Of a DNA stretch of 64,000 nucleotides, positions 37,675 to 48,390 are shown piece after piece. A program made the position numbers and the translations under genes. The notes under the pieces are model-generated. The model did no database searches and was not told the DNA's origin. It saw nothing but the letters and a program-made list of their open reading frames with translations. The stretch's first letter is position 1, and each line of letters begins with the position of its first letter. The DNA is from an uncultured Gammaproteobacteria bacterium (GTDB taxonomy: Bacteria; Patescibacteriota; Patescibacteriia; S139-126): contig CAZUKA010000002.1 of NCBI GenBank assembly GCA_964620905.1, forward strand, positions 25,496-89,495, in the 5' to 3' direction.

Positions 37675-40626
37675 ATGAAAAAAACAATTTTTACACTTTT
37701 GATTTTTGCTTTGGGATTTGGATTAATTCCAAATTATTTTATTTTTAACAAAGTCAGCGTTAATGTAGCTAATGCAGAAGCAAGCTGTCCTACAGTTACT
37801 ATTGACAATTCAACCTATCGCCTAGAACCATGTAACATGAATTTTGAAATGGTTGATGGTGAAGGTAATAAAGATTTCCAAGTAAAAATAGTTCAAGGCG
37901 GTCAATCAACTTTGTATGGTTTTCAGAGATATGGGTATGGCGTAGGATTTCCAACCTATGCGATTTTAGGCGATAGTAGTGGAGGAGTAAACGGAACTGA
38001 TAAAATTTTGTCATTTAGTTTACAAGATAGTGTATTGAACAGTGATGGTAATCAAAATAAAGTATATTCAGGTTATCTACCCATACAAATTTTTCATGGA
38101 TCATGGAATGGGGTATATGAGGAGTTAAAATTAAATTTAACTGTTACAGTCAAACCAGAATCATTTGTTGAACCTTTTGTTTACAATGTGGGTCCGGAGT
38201 GGAAATTTATTTCACCAGTCACCAATTTAATGATAGGCCAACCGATTTTAAACTTTTTTCCAAATTTGGAAAATGTTTATTATTATGATAACGGTTATAA
38301 ACAAGCAAATAATTTTGAAATGGGCAAGGGTTATTGGTTGAAAAATAAAACCAGTCAGACAATTTATGCTACTGGTACACCAATTACTTCCGTAACTTAC
38401 AATCTACCTGCTCAAGGTCAACATCTGATTGGCGCGCCGTTTCTAATGAATTTATCAGATGTACCTTGTGTGATTGATGTGTTGCATTACAACAGTCAAA
38501 CCAATACTTATGATTCAAATTTTGAAATAGCCAAAGGTTCAGCTGCGTTTGTCAAAACAAATGGAAGCTGTAGTTTTACCAAATTAATTGATCGGGTAAA
38601 GGTGGTTATATCAGCACCAACCGTCACTGATATTACTTCAAGTTCTGCTAAAGTTTCCTATAGTATCAGTGGTACCAATAGTACCAATCCGACAATGTGT
38701 TTTGGTACCATTGACTCATCAGTCAATAATTGTTCTGGTATGTCGGTAGTGGCCAAACCAGATGGAACTTTCGAAACTAGTTATAATTTTAGTGGTTTAC
38801 AACCCAATACCAAATATTTTTATCAATTGATTTTGGATAAAAGTACCGGTTTTGAAATCAAAGATAAGGTTTATTCATTTGTTACATCCAATAATTCATC
38901 TTACAATTTGTTTGTAACTTCACCAGTTAAGGGTATAAAGTGGTATTTGGGTGAAAAATATTCAATAAATTGGAAGGCAACTGATGTTCCAGCTGATTAC
39001 ATGGTTGGTATAATGCTCTCAAACAACGGATTGGATAAGGAAATAATAAATTGTTTTGCAAAAATTCCTGTTTCACAAAATTCTTTTGAATGGGTAGTGC
39101 CAAAAGATCAATTGATAGGTGAAAAATATACTATCAAGCTTGGTATTTATAAAGTTGATTCACCTCAAAATGCCTGTGTTGGTCAAGTCCCAATGGTAGA
39201 AAGTGATTATTTTAGTATTTTAAAAGAAAAACCAGTTGTGGGTGATAATAATATTACCTCCCCCTACCTTTTTGCTTTAAATGGCCAAGAAGACAAAGAA
39301 GGAAAAGTAAATTCTGATATTTATGCTAGTTTCAATCGGATGATATTAGGTGGTAGGGTCGGTAAGGGCGTGGAAAAAGTTAAGATCAATTTGATATTAC
39401 CAACAATGGGACCCACCGAAGTCAGTGATGATTGTGAATTGGATTTAATAAAGAATAGTAATACTTGCCAAAGTTTGGAAGCAGTCGGCTTGGTGAATAA
39501 TCAAGCCAACAATCAGGCCGTGTTGAAGATTGATATGAGTAAAAATAATTACGAAAGCCTAAGGTTTGATGTAACTTATAGTTCAGCTGCCAATCCTACT
39601 GACTATACGGTAGATATTGGTGATTCAATTAGTAATGATGGTTGGGGTGGAGATGCTGGTCATCAAACTAACGATGCCGAAGTCCAAATTTACAATACCC
39701 ATCTATCAATTTTTGGTAATGACAATACTGTTGGTGAAAGAAGATTATACAATCTGGGTTATTATGTATCAGCTGGTGATACTGTGAGTATTACAGTTAG
39801 AAATAATTCCGTGCAATGGTCAAAAGTGAAATCGGCTATTGCTGATGTAGTTGTTCCAGATTCTGTATCAGTTGAAAAACCAATCGCCGAGATAAAAGAA
39901 AAAGCCACTTTGCTTTATGAAGGAGAAATTTCTAGCATTTTATCCGAACTCAACACTGTCAGAGACACAGTAAGAGAGCAAGAGATTGAAATCAAATATT
40001 TGAGAGCTTTGATTCAAAACCTTGCTCAGGTAAATGAAAGTATGAAAGAGATGATAAATCATTTTATTACCTACGGTGTTGATACCAATAGTATGAAATT
40101 GGGTGAAGGGGAAAGAGCAGCAGTGGTATATTCCTTTAAGGAAGCCTTTGGCAAATTGCCAGAAAGTGAAGTTGATTTTGAAGATGTGATCAAAATTGCC
40201 AATGGTCGGTGGCCGGAAAAGAAAAGTGATCAAGCTTTAGCTTCTGCCCGAGCAGAATTTGCCAAAATTTATCAGCGTGCCGACAATGCCAACAACCCCA
40301 ATGACCAAGCAGCTGTTACTATCATGGCTTATGGTTTAAGGCAAAAAGCTGAAAATAGAAATTTGTTGAGTGAACAGAACGGTTTGAAAATCTTTGCTGA
40401 ACTTTATGACAAAAATCCACAAACAACCACTGACTGGAATATATTGCAAGCCATCACTTATTCTGGTGCAACTAGAGAAGTGATAGATACTGATAAGGAT
40501 GGTTTGTCAGATGAAATGGAGAAGCGACTAGGTACTGATCCAAAAAATTCTGACACTGACGGCGATAGTTATTTGGATGGGCAAGAAGTAGTCCATGGTT
40601 ATAACCCCCTGCAAAAAGCTCAATAA
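37675..40626 (+). CDS. Large secreted/surface protein with FN3/Ig-like domains and C-terminal DxDxDG motifs
   Basis: Signal peptide, GLQPNTKYFY (FN3), VTSP..G..W...Y.I.W and DTDKDGLSD...DTDGD. Confidence 0.78.
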   Translation: MKKTIFTLLIFALGFGLIPNYFIFNKVSVNVANAEASCPTVTIDNSTYRLEPCNMNFEMVDGEGNKDFQVKIVQGGQSTLYGFQRYGYGVGFPTYAILGDSSGGVNGTDKILSFSLQDSVLNSDGNQNKVYSGYLPIQIFHGSWNGVYEELKLNLTVTVKPESFVEPFVYNVGPEWKFISPVTNLMIGQPILNFFPNLENVYYYDNGYKQANNFEMGKGYWLKNKTSQTIYATGTPITSVTYNLPAQGQHLIGAPFLMNLSDVPCVIDVLHYNSQTNTYDSNFEIAKGSAAFVKTNGSCSFTKLIDRVKVVISAPTVTDITSSSAKVSYSISGTNSTNPTMCFGTIDSSVNNCSGMSVVAKPDGTFETSYNFSGLQPNTKYFYQLILDKSTGFEIKDKVYSFVTSNNSSYNLFVTSPVKGIKWYLGEKYSINWKATDVPADYMVGIMLSNNGLDKEIINCFAKIPVSQNSFEWVVPKDQLIGEKYTIKLGIYKVDSPQNACVGQVPMVESDYFSILKEKPVVGDNNITSPYLFALNGQEDKEGKVNSDIYASFNRMILGGRVGKGVEKVKINLILPTMGPTEVSDDCELDLIKNSNTCQSLEAVGLVNNQANNQAVLKIDMSKNNYESLRFDVTYSSAANPTDYTVDIGDSISNDGWGGDAGHQTNDAEVQIYNTHLSIFGNDNTVGERRLYNLGYYVSAGDTVSITVRNNSVQWSKVKSAIADVVVPDSVSVEKPIAEIKEKATLLYEGEISSILSELNTVRDTVREQEIEIKYLRALIQNLAQVNESMKEMINHFITYGVDTNSMKLGEGERAAVVYSFKEAFGKLPESEVDFEDVIKIANGRWPEKKSDQALASARAEFAKIYQRADNANNPNDQAAVTIMAYGLRQKAENRNLLSEQNGLKIFAELYDKNPQTTTDWNILQAITYSGATREVIDTDKDGLSDEMEKRLGTDPKNSDTDGDSYLDGQEVVHGYNPLQKAQ

Positions 40627-40636
40627 ATATTTTATT

Positions 40637-40668
40637 ACCACCCTGGCAATTAGGCCAGGGTGGTTTTT
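40637..40668 (+). terminator. Intrinsic terminator
   Basis: ACCACCCTGGC-AATTAG-GCCAGGGTGGT-TTTT. Confidence 0.85.
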
Positions 40669-40752
40669 GATCAAAAATAAATTGCTTCATTTTTTTAAAA
40701 TAAAGAGTAAAATTAGTATAGATAGTATCTAAATTAAATAATATATTTAATT

Positions 40753-41793
40753 ATGTTTTTACCACTTTTGCTTTTAGTCGTTGGTTTGGGGGTTTTATTA
40801 CTGGGGGCTGAAATTTTGGTCAAAGGCGCTTCGTCAATCTCTAAAAAACTTGGCATTCCTTCAATAGTGATAGGACTGACGATTGTGTCTTTTGGTACCT
40901 CTGCCCCGGAACTAATCGTCAATTTTCTATCTGCCTTCAAAGGCAGTACTGATTTGGCCTTGGGAAATATTATTGGTAGTAACATTGCCAATATTTTACT
41001 TATTTTGGGAGCATCGGCTTTACTTATAGATTTACGGGTGCAAAAAAATACTACTTGGAAAGAGATTCCCTTTGCCGCGCTAGCGGTATTGGCTGTGTTT
41101 GTGATGGCCAATGACCGGTTGTTTGATCACGAGGCGGCGGATGTAATTACCCGTGCTGACGGTTGGGTGTTGTTGATGTTTTTTGCTATTTTTATGTACT
41201 ATACTTTTGAGTTGACTCGTTCGGGTGGAGGGAACAGAGAAATAGAAAAAACTATTGGTTCAGTTTCGGTACAAAAATATACTTTGAAGCTTTCTCGCAA
41301 AGGTACTGGCAATGCTGGTGAAGGTGAGATTAAAATCTATCCAGTATATATTTCTTCTCTGATGGTATTGGGAGGTATTTTGGCATTATTTTTGGGAGGT
41401 AAATTGTTGGTGGATAATGCTATTAGTCTTGCTCAGTCAGCCGGTTGGTCAGAAATGCTGATTGGTTTGACGATCGTAGCGGTTGGCACTTCTTTGCCGG
41501 AACTAGCTACTTCGGTATTAGCTGCACGTAAAGGCCAGTCAGACATTGCAATTGGCAACGTAGTGGGATCAAATATTTTCAATATTTTTTGGATTCTTGG
41601 TGTCACCAGTGTAATCAGTCCGATACCAGTTAGTTTGTCGGCAAATTTTGATATTATTTTTTGTTTGATAGCTACAATAGTTTTGTTTATCACGATGTTT
41701 ATTGGTAAGCGGCATTTATTGCAAAGATGGCAAGGCGGAGTTTTTTTGCTAGTTTATGTATTGTATATAGTATATTTGATTATCCGAGGGTAA
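40753..41793 (+). CDS. Calcium/sodium antiporter (YrbG/CaCA family)
   Basis: Duplicated GTSAPE/GTSLPE and GN..GSN alpha repeats. Confidence 0.95.
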   Translation: MFLPLLLLVVGLGVLLLGAEILVKGASSISKKLGIPSIVIGLTIVSFGTSAPELIVNFLSAFKGSTDLALGNIIGSNIANILLILGASALLIDLRVQKNTTWKEIPFAALAVLAVFVMANDRLFDHEAADVITRADGWVLLMFFAIFMYYTFELTRSGGGNREIEKTIGSVSVQKYTLKLSRKGTGNAGEGEIKIYPVYISSLMVLGGILALFLGGKLLVDNAISLAQSAGWSEMLIGLTIVAVGTSLPELATSVLAARKGQSDIAIGNVVGSNIFNIFWILGVTSVISPIPVSLSANFDIIFCLIATIVLFITMFIGKRHLLQRWQGGVFLLVYVLYIVYLIIRG

Positions 41794-41818
41794 AAATTAT
41801 TTTCTGATTGATATAATT

Positions 41819-42547
41819 TTGCTAGATAAAAATTCAAACATCATGAATTTAAAAAGTGATTTACCAAAAAAACCCAGTGTCTTTAATAAGATAGATTTTA
41901 AAAAAATTGGCACCGGCGCACATTTTACTGAAGGAAAGTTTAATTCCACCAGAGGTCTCGGTCTCAAGGGACAATTGGGAAATCTTAAACGCAGCGCCAG
42001 ATTTACTGCCACCGCAAATTTGTCAAAGAAAAATTTGCAAACCATGTATGATCTAATCAATGAAAGATTGAAAAATAAAGCGGTAAATTCCAAGGTAGGT
42101 ATTTCCGCTAGAGATAAAAAGATGATAATGTCAGCTGCTTATAAGCTCACCAAGCAACATGAATCAAATTTTTCTCGAGAAGACATGGAGGATTTAAGGA
42201 AGGTAGTAGATGAGTTGAAAATTGCAAGTGAAGAAAATATTTTATCAAAAAAAGAAAATAGTAGTCAAAGTGTTATTTCGCAAATAGATAAAAACAATTT
42301 TACAATTGAAAATAAAAAAAATCTTGCCACTGGCCAAGGTGCTATTCCCAATAGATCAGTTGAACTTAGCACCAATTTATCTGCGGAATTTTTATCCAAA
42401 GCAAACACTGATCAGCCTGCTTTGAAAGAAAATCCAAAAAATATTACTGATGAGCCAATAGTTTTTGAAAATATCAATCGTAAAAAGATTGATCAAGATC
42501 AGGATAAAATTCCCAGTCCGTCAGAAGCAAAAGATTTGCCAATTTAA
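41819..42547 (+). CDS. Hypothetical protein
   Basis: 242-aa ORF; start uncertain. Confidence 0.55.
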   Translation: MLDKNSNIMNLKSDLPKKPSVFNKIDFKKIGTGAHFTEGKFNSTRGLGLKGQLGNLKRSARFTATANLSKKNLQTMYDLINERLKNKAVNSKVGISARDKKMIMSAAYKLTKQHESNFSREDMEDLRKVVDELKIASEENILSKKENSSQSVISQIDKNNFTIENKKNLATGQGAIPNRSVELSTNLSAEFLSKANTDQPALKENPKNITDEPIVFENINRKKIDQDQDKIPSPSEAKDLPI

Positions 42548-42553
42548 TTTTTT

Positions 42554-43300
42554 ATGAGTTTAGATTATATCAAGTATAAATGGGAAGAGTTGGGTCGGAG
42601 AGACCCTTTGTGGTCGGTTTTGACTTGGGAGGATAAAAAAGATATGCAGTGGGATAGAAACTTTTTTTATCACACCGGAGAAGTGGAAATAGATAAACTT
42701 TTTTTGGATATTGAAAATTTGCCTAGCAAATTGCAATATGATGAAGCTTTGGATTTTGGTTGTGGAGTAGGGAGACTGACCTTTCCTTTGACCAAAAAAT
42801 TTAATCGGGTAATTGGCGTAGATATTGCTTCTGCCATGATCGATTATGCCAAAGCAGCCAATAATCAGCGGGCATCCTTTTTGGTAAATAACCGTGCTGA
42901 TCTAAAAATTTTTGCTGACAATAAATTTGATTTTGTTTTATCATTGATTACTCTGCAACATCTACCCACAAGTTTAGTGAAGAAATATATAAAAGAATTT
43001 ATTAGAGTTGTCAAACCCGGAGGACTAGTAGTTTTTGAAATGCCTGATCACCCGCTGGAGATTGAAAAAAATTTTAGCAAGAAAATTAAATATCAATTCA
43101 AACAATTTTTGCCTTATTCCTGGTTGTCTCAATACGAAGCCAAACAAGAAAACAACGCTTTATATATAGATATGCATGGGTTGAGCCAAAAAAGAGTTAA
43201 AAAGATTATAAAAAATAGTCATGGTGAATTGCTGGATTGTAAGATCAGTGCTAATGCCGGAAAAGAGTGGGTTTGTTTTAAATATTTTGTAACCAAGTGA
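42554..43300 (+). CDS. Class I SAM-dependent methyltransferase
   Basis: LDFGCGVGRL, GVDIA and RVVKPGG motifs. Confidence 0.9.
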   Translation: MSLDYIKYKWEELGRRDPLWSVLTWEDKKDMQWDRNFFYHTGEVEIDKLFLDIENLPSKLQYDEALDFGCGVGRLTFPLTKKFNRVIGVDIASAMIDYAKAANNQRASFLVNNRADLKIFADNKFDFVLSLITLQHLPTSLVKKYIKEFIRVVKPGGLVVFEMPDHPLEIEKNFSKKIKYQFKQFLPYSWLSQYEAKQENNALYIDMHGLSQKRVKKIIKNSHGELLDCKISANAGKEWVCFKYFVTK

Positions 43301-43310
43301 TTTTTAGATT

Positions 43311-43925
43311 ATGAAAAGCAGAGAAAGAATTGAATCAAGAAAAAATATTAAAGAAGTCAATGAGAAAAAAGTATTAGCTTTTGCTAAATTGTGGCAAGAG
43401 ACGATTGGGCCCAATGCGACCGACCAGACATTAAATATTAAATACAATTTACCATATCCCAAGGAAGATTTTTTGGACTATTTATTGAAAAAAAATCAAG
43501 TTTTATTACACGGTTCTTGTAGAACAGATATTGAAACTTTAGAACCTCATCAGGCCAATGATAGAGAAAAGGAGTTTGGCAATAAAAATGGAGTGTATGC
43601 GGTAAAAGATCCTCTTTTACCGATTTTTTATGCTATCCAGAATAGAGAAAAAATTGATGGTTTGATTGTCAGTGGTGTAAAAACTGATCCCGAAACAGAA
43701 GAAAATAAATATGAATTTAAAATGTCAAAAAATATTCTTGCTGCTCAACCTTGGACCAATGGTATGGTTTATATTTTGGATAAAAAAAGTTTTTTGCAAG
43801 GCCAAGATGATGATGGGGAGTTTGGTCGTGAGTGGGTATCGGAAAAACCTGTTAAACCACTAGCTAAACTTGAGGTTGGACCAAAAGACTTTCGATTTTT
43901 AAAAGAGATAGAATCCTTAGAATAA
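43311..43925 (+). CDS. Hypothetical protein, possible ADP-ribosyltransferase fold
   Basis: LLHGS...LEP...GVYA...G.VY...EW pattern. Confidence 0.5.
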   Translation: MKSRERIESRKNIKEVNEKKVLAFAKLWQETIGPNATDQTLNIKYNLPYPKEDFLDYLLKKNQVLLHGSCRTDIETLEPHQANDREKEFGNKNGVYAVKDPLLPIFYAIQNREKIDGLIVSGVKTDPETEENKYEFKMSKNILAAQPWTNGMVYILDKKSFLQGQDDDGEFGREWVSEKPVKPLAKLEVGPKDFRFLKEIESLE

Positions 43926-43932
43926 AATATTT

Positions 43933-44382
43933 ATGAAGTTCACAACTAAAATTAATATCAATTGGCCAGTGACAAAAACTTTTACTGCTCTCAATAGTCC
44001 CGCAATGATGCAGCGGGTTGCTTGGCCAGTGGTGATATTTAAACCAGTTAAACTTAGTATTTTTCCCGAACAATGGGAACAGGGAATTGTTTATCGTATG
44101 AATATGTATTTATTCGGATTTTTACCCATGGGTTGGCAAGAGCTAAAAATTTCATCACAGACAGATGAAATAAATAAAATATATATTTTAAAAGATGTTG
44201 GTCCAGGTTGGGCAGTTAAATGGTGGGACCATAAAGTTATACTCAAACCAGTTACAGAAAATATTACTAGTTATGATGAAATTTTAGAACTTAAAACTGG
44301 ATTCTTAGGACCGATTATATGGCTTGGGATGAAGTTACTTTTTGTTTGGCGTAAGTATAGATGGTTGAAATTGACTGAATAA
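43933..44382 (+). CDS. SRPBCC-like hypothetical protein
   Basis: 149 aa with W.H and terminal F..R...W pattern. Confidence 0.55.
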   Translation: MKFTTKININWPVTKTFTALNSPAMMQRVAWPVVIFKPVKLSIFPEQWEQGIVYRMNMYLFGFLPMGWQELKISSQTDEINKIYILKDVGPGWAVKWWDHKVILKPVTENITSYDEILELKTGFLGPIIWLGMKLLFVWRKYRWLKLTE

Positions 44383-44552
44383 AACATACCATTATCAGTG
44401 AGGTTTATATATCTAATAAATCAAAAAAATAATATAATCTTAATAATTCTAAGTCTAACAAATTGTATTATTGTGATTAGAGCCAAGGTGATAATTGGTT
44501 TAGTTGTAGAAACACTTGTTTTGTATAAAAATTATTATATATAAATACTTTT

Positions 44553-45713
44553 ATGTTAATCAAACATTTTAAAACTATTATCCCAGTAGCTATTTTAATT
44601 ATGATACTTCTGTTGAGTTATATTTTTTGGCAAAGTAGCCAAGAAAGTAAACAAATACAAATCTTACCACCAAAACCTCCTTCACAGCCGAGTGTAGCTA
44701 TTGATCAAGGTATTGAAACCACATTCAGTCAATCTGAATATTCAAACGATGGAGCTACCAGCGAGACGGTTAAATTGACCATAAGAAATACAACCGAGGA
44801 AACTTATTATTTATATACCCCCGCTTGTGCCGCAGGTTGGCCGCAAGTACAGTATTTTTTTGAATCTGATAAAGGTGAACCAGAACCGCAATTTGTTAAA
44901 CAAACTATTGCTATATCACCACCTTGTAACATGGTTCCATACTTAGATGAGTTTAAATCGGGCGCAATACATACTTTTGAGTGGGACCAAGTCAATTATT
45001 CAGAATCAGAAGATGATCATGATGATTGGAGGCCAAAATTTGTTCCCGCAGGAGATTACCGTATGATTATTAGTTTATTTAAGAATAAAGAAGGTGATGA
45101 TAGGTATGCTCAAGGGGTTGAATCGTTTGTAGTTTTTACTCAACCATTTAAAATAAAATATAATAAACCAAGTGAACGAATAAGTATAATATCTCCTGAC
45201 AAAGGTGATTTCTTAAAGAGTGGCGAAACCTACACTATCCAGTGGCAAGGTGCTAAGAGTGATAAGGTTAATTTATATTATGGGGTTGATTGGCGGATGG
45301 ATTTAAATCCTCAACAAAAGCAAGAACTTGTCTTAAACGTTGCTAACACAGGAAGTTATGATTGGCAAGTGCCAAACCTTTTCGACACTTATTCTTATGG
45401 CAATGATTATGTTATAAAAATAGAAGAAGTTGGCGGAGATGGCATTGGGTACAGTGAGGTATTTAAATTTAGAGCTGTTGCCAAACCAGCAATAATAGAT
45501 TATCGGGGTCCTAGAGAAGACAGACACAATTTTAGTCCAGCAGAAACTGGATGTAATGAGCTTATGGCTAAGTATACTTCTAGTCAAGCTTTTAGTAATA
45601 ACGGATTTAGTAGTTGTGAGTTGATTGAATTTAGTATTGGTACAACACTTAAAGAGTGTGATGCTTTTAATACTCCCTTAGGATGTAATATCTGTAAGTT
45701 TGATTGTAAATAA
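44553..45713 (+). CDS. Membrane-anchored extracellular protein (Ig-like, Cys-rich C-terminus)
   Basis: N-terminal TM, IISP..G....GETYTIQW Ig-like motif. Confidence 0.7.
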   Translation: MLIKHFKTIIPVAILIMILLLSYIFWQSSQESKQIQILPPKPPSQPSVAIDQGIETTFSQSEYSNDGATSETVKLTIRNTTEETYYLYTPACAAGWPQVQYFFESDKGEPEPQFVKQTIAISPPCNMVPYLDEFKSGAIHTFEWDQVNYSESEDDHDDWRPKFVPAGDYRMIISLFKNKEGDDRYAQGVESFVVFTQPFKIKYNKPSERISIISPDKGDFLKSGETYTIQWQGAKSDKVNLYYGVDWRMDLNPQQKQELVLNVANTGSYDWQVPNLFDTYSYGNDYVIKIEEVGGDGIGYSEVFKFRAVAKPAIIDYRGPREDRHNFSPAETGCNELMAKYTSSQAFSNNGFSSCELIEFSIGTTLKECDAFNTPLGCNICKFDCK

Positions 45714-45726
45714 AATTCAAATTTAT

Positions 45727-46092
45727 ATGAACAAATCATTGAAAGTTACATTCTTAGTGATAGTAATATTAATAGCGGGTGGTGTTTTTTTATTTGGTTA
45801 TTTAAATAATTTTTTTGTAAGTTTTGGTATATGTAGACCCGGCAATATTTTAGTCAGCAATAATCAATTTAGTGGTGCACCTGATTATTGCTATAAGCCA
45901 AGTGGTTGGGAAGGTAAATTTTGTGATAAAAAATCTGACTGTGGTAGCCATCCATTATCAGAATGTGTGTTAAATAATAAAGATGCGATAAATAACAAAG
46001 GGGTTTGTAAAGATATGGTCAAACAAGGTTGTTATGTTTTGATAGATGAAGGTGGTAATTTTGGTGAGGAGACCACAGTTTGTTATGATTGA
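45727..46092 (+). CDS. Small membrane-anchored Cys-rich protein
   Basis: MNKSLK leader, TM, 8 Cys. Confidence 0.7.
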   Translation: MNKSLKVTFLVIVILIAGGVFLFGYLNNFFVSFGICRPGNILVSNNQFSGAPDYCYKPSGWEGKFCDKKSDCGSHPLSECVLNNKDAINNKGVCKDMVKQGCYVLIDEGGNFGEETTVCYD

Positions 46093-46128
46093 TCAATTTA
46101 ATACATAGATTTTTATTTGATTTGTTAT

Positions 46129-46419
46129 ATGAAGAGAAGAAATATAATTATTTTAGTAGTTATTATTTTAGTAAGCGTTGTATTGATTTTATGGTTTTTA
46201 TATAATCCAAGAACTAGGCCACAAACAAACAAAGATTATGGTTGTTTTTTGCGATGTAAACAATCCGGATACAATAGAGGTATTTGTTTAAATGGGGGAA
46301 GTGGAATAGGAAGCGGTTGTGAGCAAGCCGGAGGCACGCAAGTTTTTGACCGTGATAACCCAATTCCTGGATGTGATTTTGAATCTATTGGTTCTTGGGA
46401 AGAATGTTGTTGTTTCTAA
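46129..46419 (+). CDS. Small membrane-anchored Cys-rich protein with defensin-like spacing
   Basis: TM followed by CFLRCKQSGYNRGIC...CCCF. Confidence 0.7.
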   Translation: MKRRNIIILVVIILVSVVLILWFLYNPRTRPQTNKDYGCFLRCKQSGYNRGICLNGGSGIGSGCEQAGGTQVFDRDNPIPGCDFESIGSWEECCCF

Positions 46420-46462
46420 TATAAATATCGGCACTGGTAATAATAAATAAAATATAAAATCT

Positions 46463-46888
46463 ATGAATAAGTCATTAAAAAATATTATCCCAATTGTATT
46501 AGTATTAATTGCAGGTGTTGTTAGTATAGGTTATTTTATTTGGCAGAGTAGAATTGATAATAAATTACCTATTTCTAATGGAAGAAATTGTTTTAATGAA
46601 AATGTGTCAAAAAGTTATGACGGTGTTGGTTGTGTAGAGAAATATGAAATGTTTGATGGAATAAATTTTAAAGATGCCGTTTGCTGTGAGGGATTAGTAG
46701 AAATAAAACCAGACCTTGAACCAAAATCTTGTCTTCCATATAAGGTCGAAACTAAAGGCAGTGATGGGTTAGGAGAAGATTGTTATTTTGGAGCGATGCA
46801 TCCCTTGGGCTTATGCATGCCTTGTGGCGACGGAGTCTGTGAGCCATTAGAGAATTGGTGCAATTGCCCAGCAGACTGTAATAAATGA
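46463..46888 (+). CDS. Small membrane-anchored Cys-rich protein
   Basis: MNKSLK leader, TM, C-terminal CGDGVC...E...CPADC. Confidence 0.72.
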   Translation: MNKSLKNIIPIVLVLIAGVVSIGYFIWQSRIDNKLPISNGRNCFNENVSKSYDGVGCVEKYEMFDGINFKDAVCCEGLVEIKPDLEPKSCLPYKVETKGSDGLGEDCYFGAMHPLGLCMPCGDGVCEPLENWCNCPADCNK

Positions 46889-47099
46889 TTTTTATGAGAG
46901 ATTTTATTAAAAAGCATCCTTTCGTATTTTATATTGTGGTATTCTTTATAGTAGTTGTTTAATTATTTGTCTTAGACTATATAATAAAAATAAAACCGGA
47001 TATTATATAAATTGATTAAGTAGATTTATTAAGTATAAATACAAAAATCGCTCCTTAGCAGAGCGATTTTTTTATTAAATAAGATATAAATTATATTTT

Positions 47100-48053
47100 T
47101 TATATTTTTGTTCTGACAATTATACTAATAGCAATTAAAACAACAATAGCCCCTACCCATTGTTCGATTGAAAATATATTATCATGAAAAATAAATTCCA
47201 ATACCACCGCACTCACCGGGAACGTCATTTCATAAATTGTGGATTGGGAAGCAAGGATTTTTTTTAAACCCCAATAATATAGCAAAATAGAGGTACCACC
47301 AGTAGTTAGAGCCACTACTATAAAAGCTCCGATCAAACTCCAATTGATAGCATCAAAACCATTAATTCCTTGATAGTTGGTATTAACACCTACTGAATTT
47401 AGAATTGAGATTACAATTATTATTATAGCCATGATCCCAGTTGTCAGATAAAATCGTAAGGCAGTACCTAAGCTATGACTAATTTTAGTGACTGCCTTTT
47501 TGGAGAAAACTGTGGAAGATCCAAAAGAAAATGCTGCTAAAATGGCTAGCATAGCTGGGATAAACATACTAGTCGTATCAAAGTCTGGTTGACTGAATCC
47601 AAAGGTTAGGATATAACTGCCAATCAAGGCTACAAAAGCCCAAAAGTAGAACATTTTTTTTGGTCGTTCTTTTAACCACAGAAGTGCTAACAGAATAGCA
47701 AAAATAGGCTGCAGTTTTTGTAATAGAAGAACAACGGAAATATTTAGATGCCCAGTATGGACAATTACGATAGCAGCGATGATTGCCATAGTACCAATTG
47801 CACCGCCAAATAAACTAGTTAAAATCAAGGCCAACCAATCTTTTTTGTCTAAATTTTTAAGCTGACTTCTTTTTTTGAAAAAGAAATATGATAGAAAAAT
47901 GGAGGCTACGGCGTGTAACATAAAAACAAAAGTAGGCACATCTGATAGTCCCAAATCAACAATCCAAGGTGTTAGTACCACTCCATCAAAGGCCCATAAA
48001 AATGCCGCCAACATAACGGCCAATACAGAAAAAATTTCAATATGTTTTTTCAT
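47100..48053 (-). CDS. EamA/DMT family transporter
   Basis: About ten TM helices, two EamA repeats, LQP.F...LA...LKER. Confidence 0.9.
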   Translation of the reverse strand: MKKHIEIFSVLAVMLAAFLWAFDGVVLTPWIVDLGLSDVPTFVFMLHAVASIFLSYFFFKKRSQLKNLDKKDWLALILTSLFGGAIGTMAIIAAIVIVHTGHLNISVVLLLQKLQPIFAILLALLWLKERPKKMFYFWAFVALIGSYILTFGFSQPDFDTTSMFIPAMLAILAAFSFGSSTVFSKKAVTKISHSLGTALRFYLTTGIMAIIIIVISILNSVGVNTNYQGINGFDAINWSLIGAFIVVALTTGGTSILLYYWGLKKILASQSTIYEMTFPVSAVVLEFIFHDNIFSIEQWVGAIVVLIAISIIVRTKI

Positions 48054-48171
48054 ATAAGAAATTATAACAGAAATAAACATATTATTCTATTTATATTAAA
48101 TATACAAAATATCTTTGGAATATTAAGATTGTTTGAAAAAAATTTATAGGTAAGACATAAATTTAAAATAT

Positions 48172-48300
48172 AAACTACTCCATATTCGGAGCGTTTTTTT
48201 CTTATCTAAACAAACTGTCAAATTTTGTAAAATAATGAGGTGCTTAAGTGAATTACATTAAAACTAAGGTGATTTTTGGCTTTGTTAATGAAGTTGAATT
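48172..48300 (+). repeat. Degenerate type-B cassette junction
   Basis: CGGAGCGTTTTTTTCTTATCTAAA..ACTGTCAAATTTTGTAAAA then a decayed core and AACTAAGGTGATT. Confidence 0.7.
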
Positions 48301-48390
48301 ATAACCAATTAGTATTGACTTTTTCCTAAAAATTTGCTATTATTTAATGTTTAGTAATAATTAACAATCAAAAAATTACTGGAGAAAAAA

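Noticed and set aside
47044-47073. Hairpins at ~47044 and ~55926 as att junctions
   Set aside because: They have the terminator only, with no tRNA core or tail; similar CCGC/GCGG terminators occur outside the island (21431, 36584)
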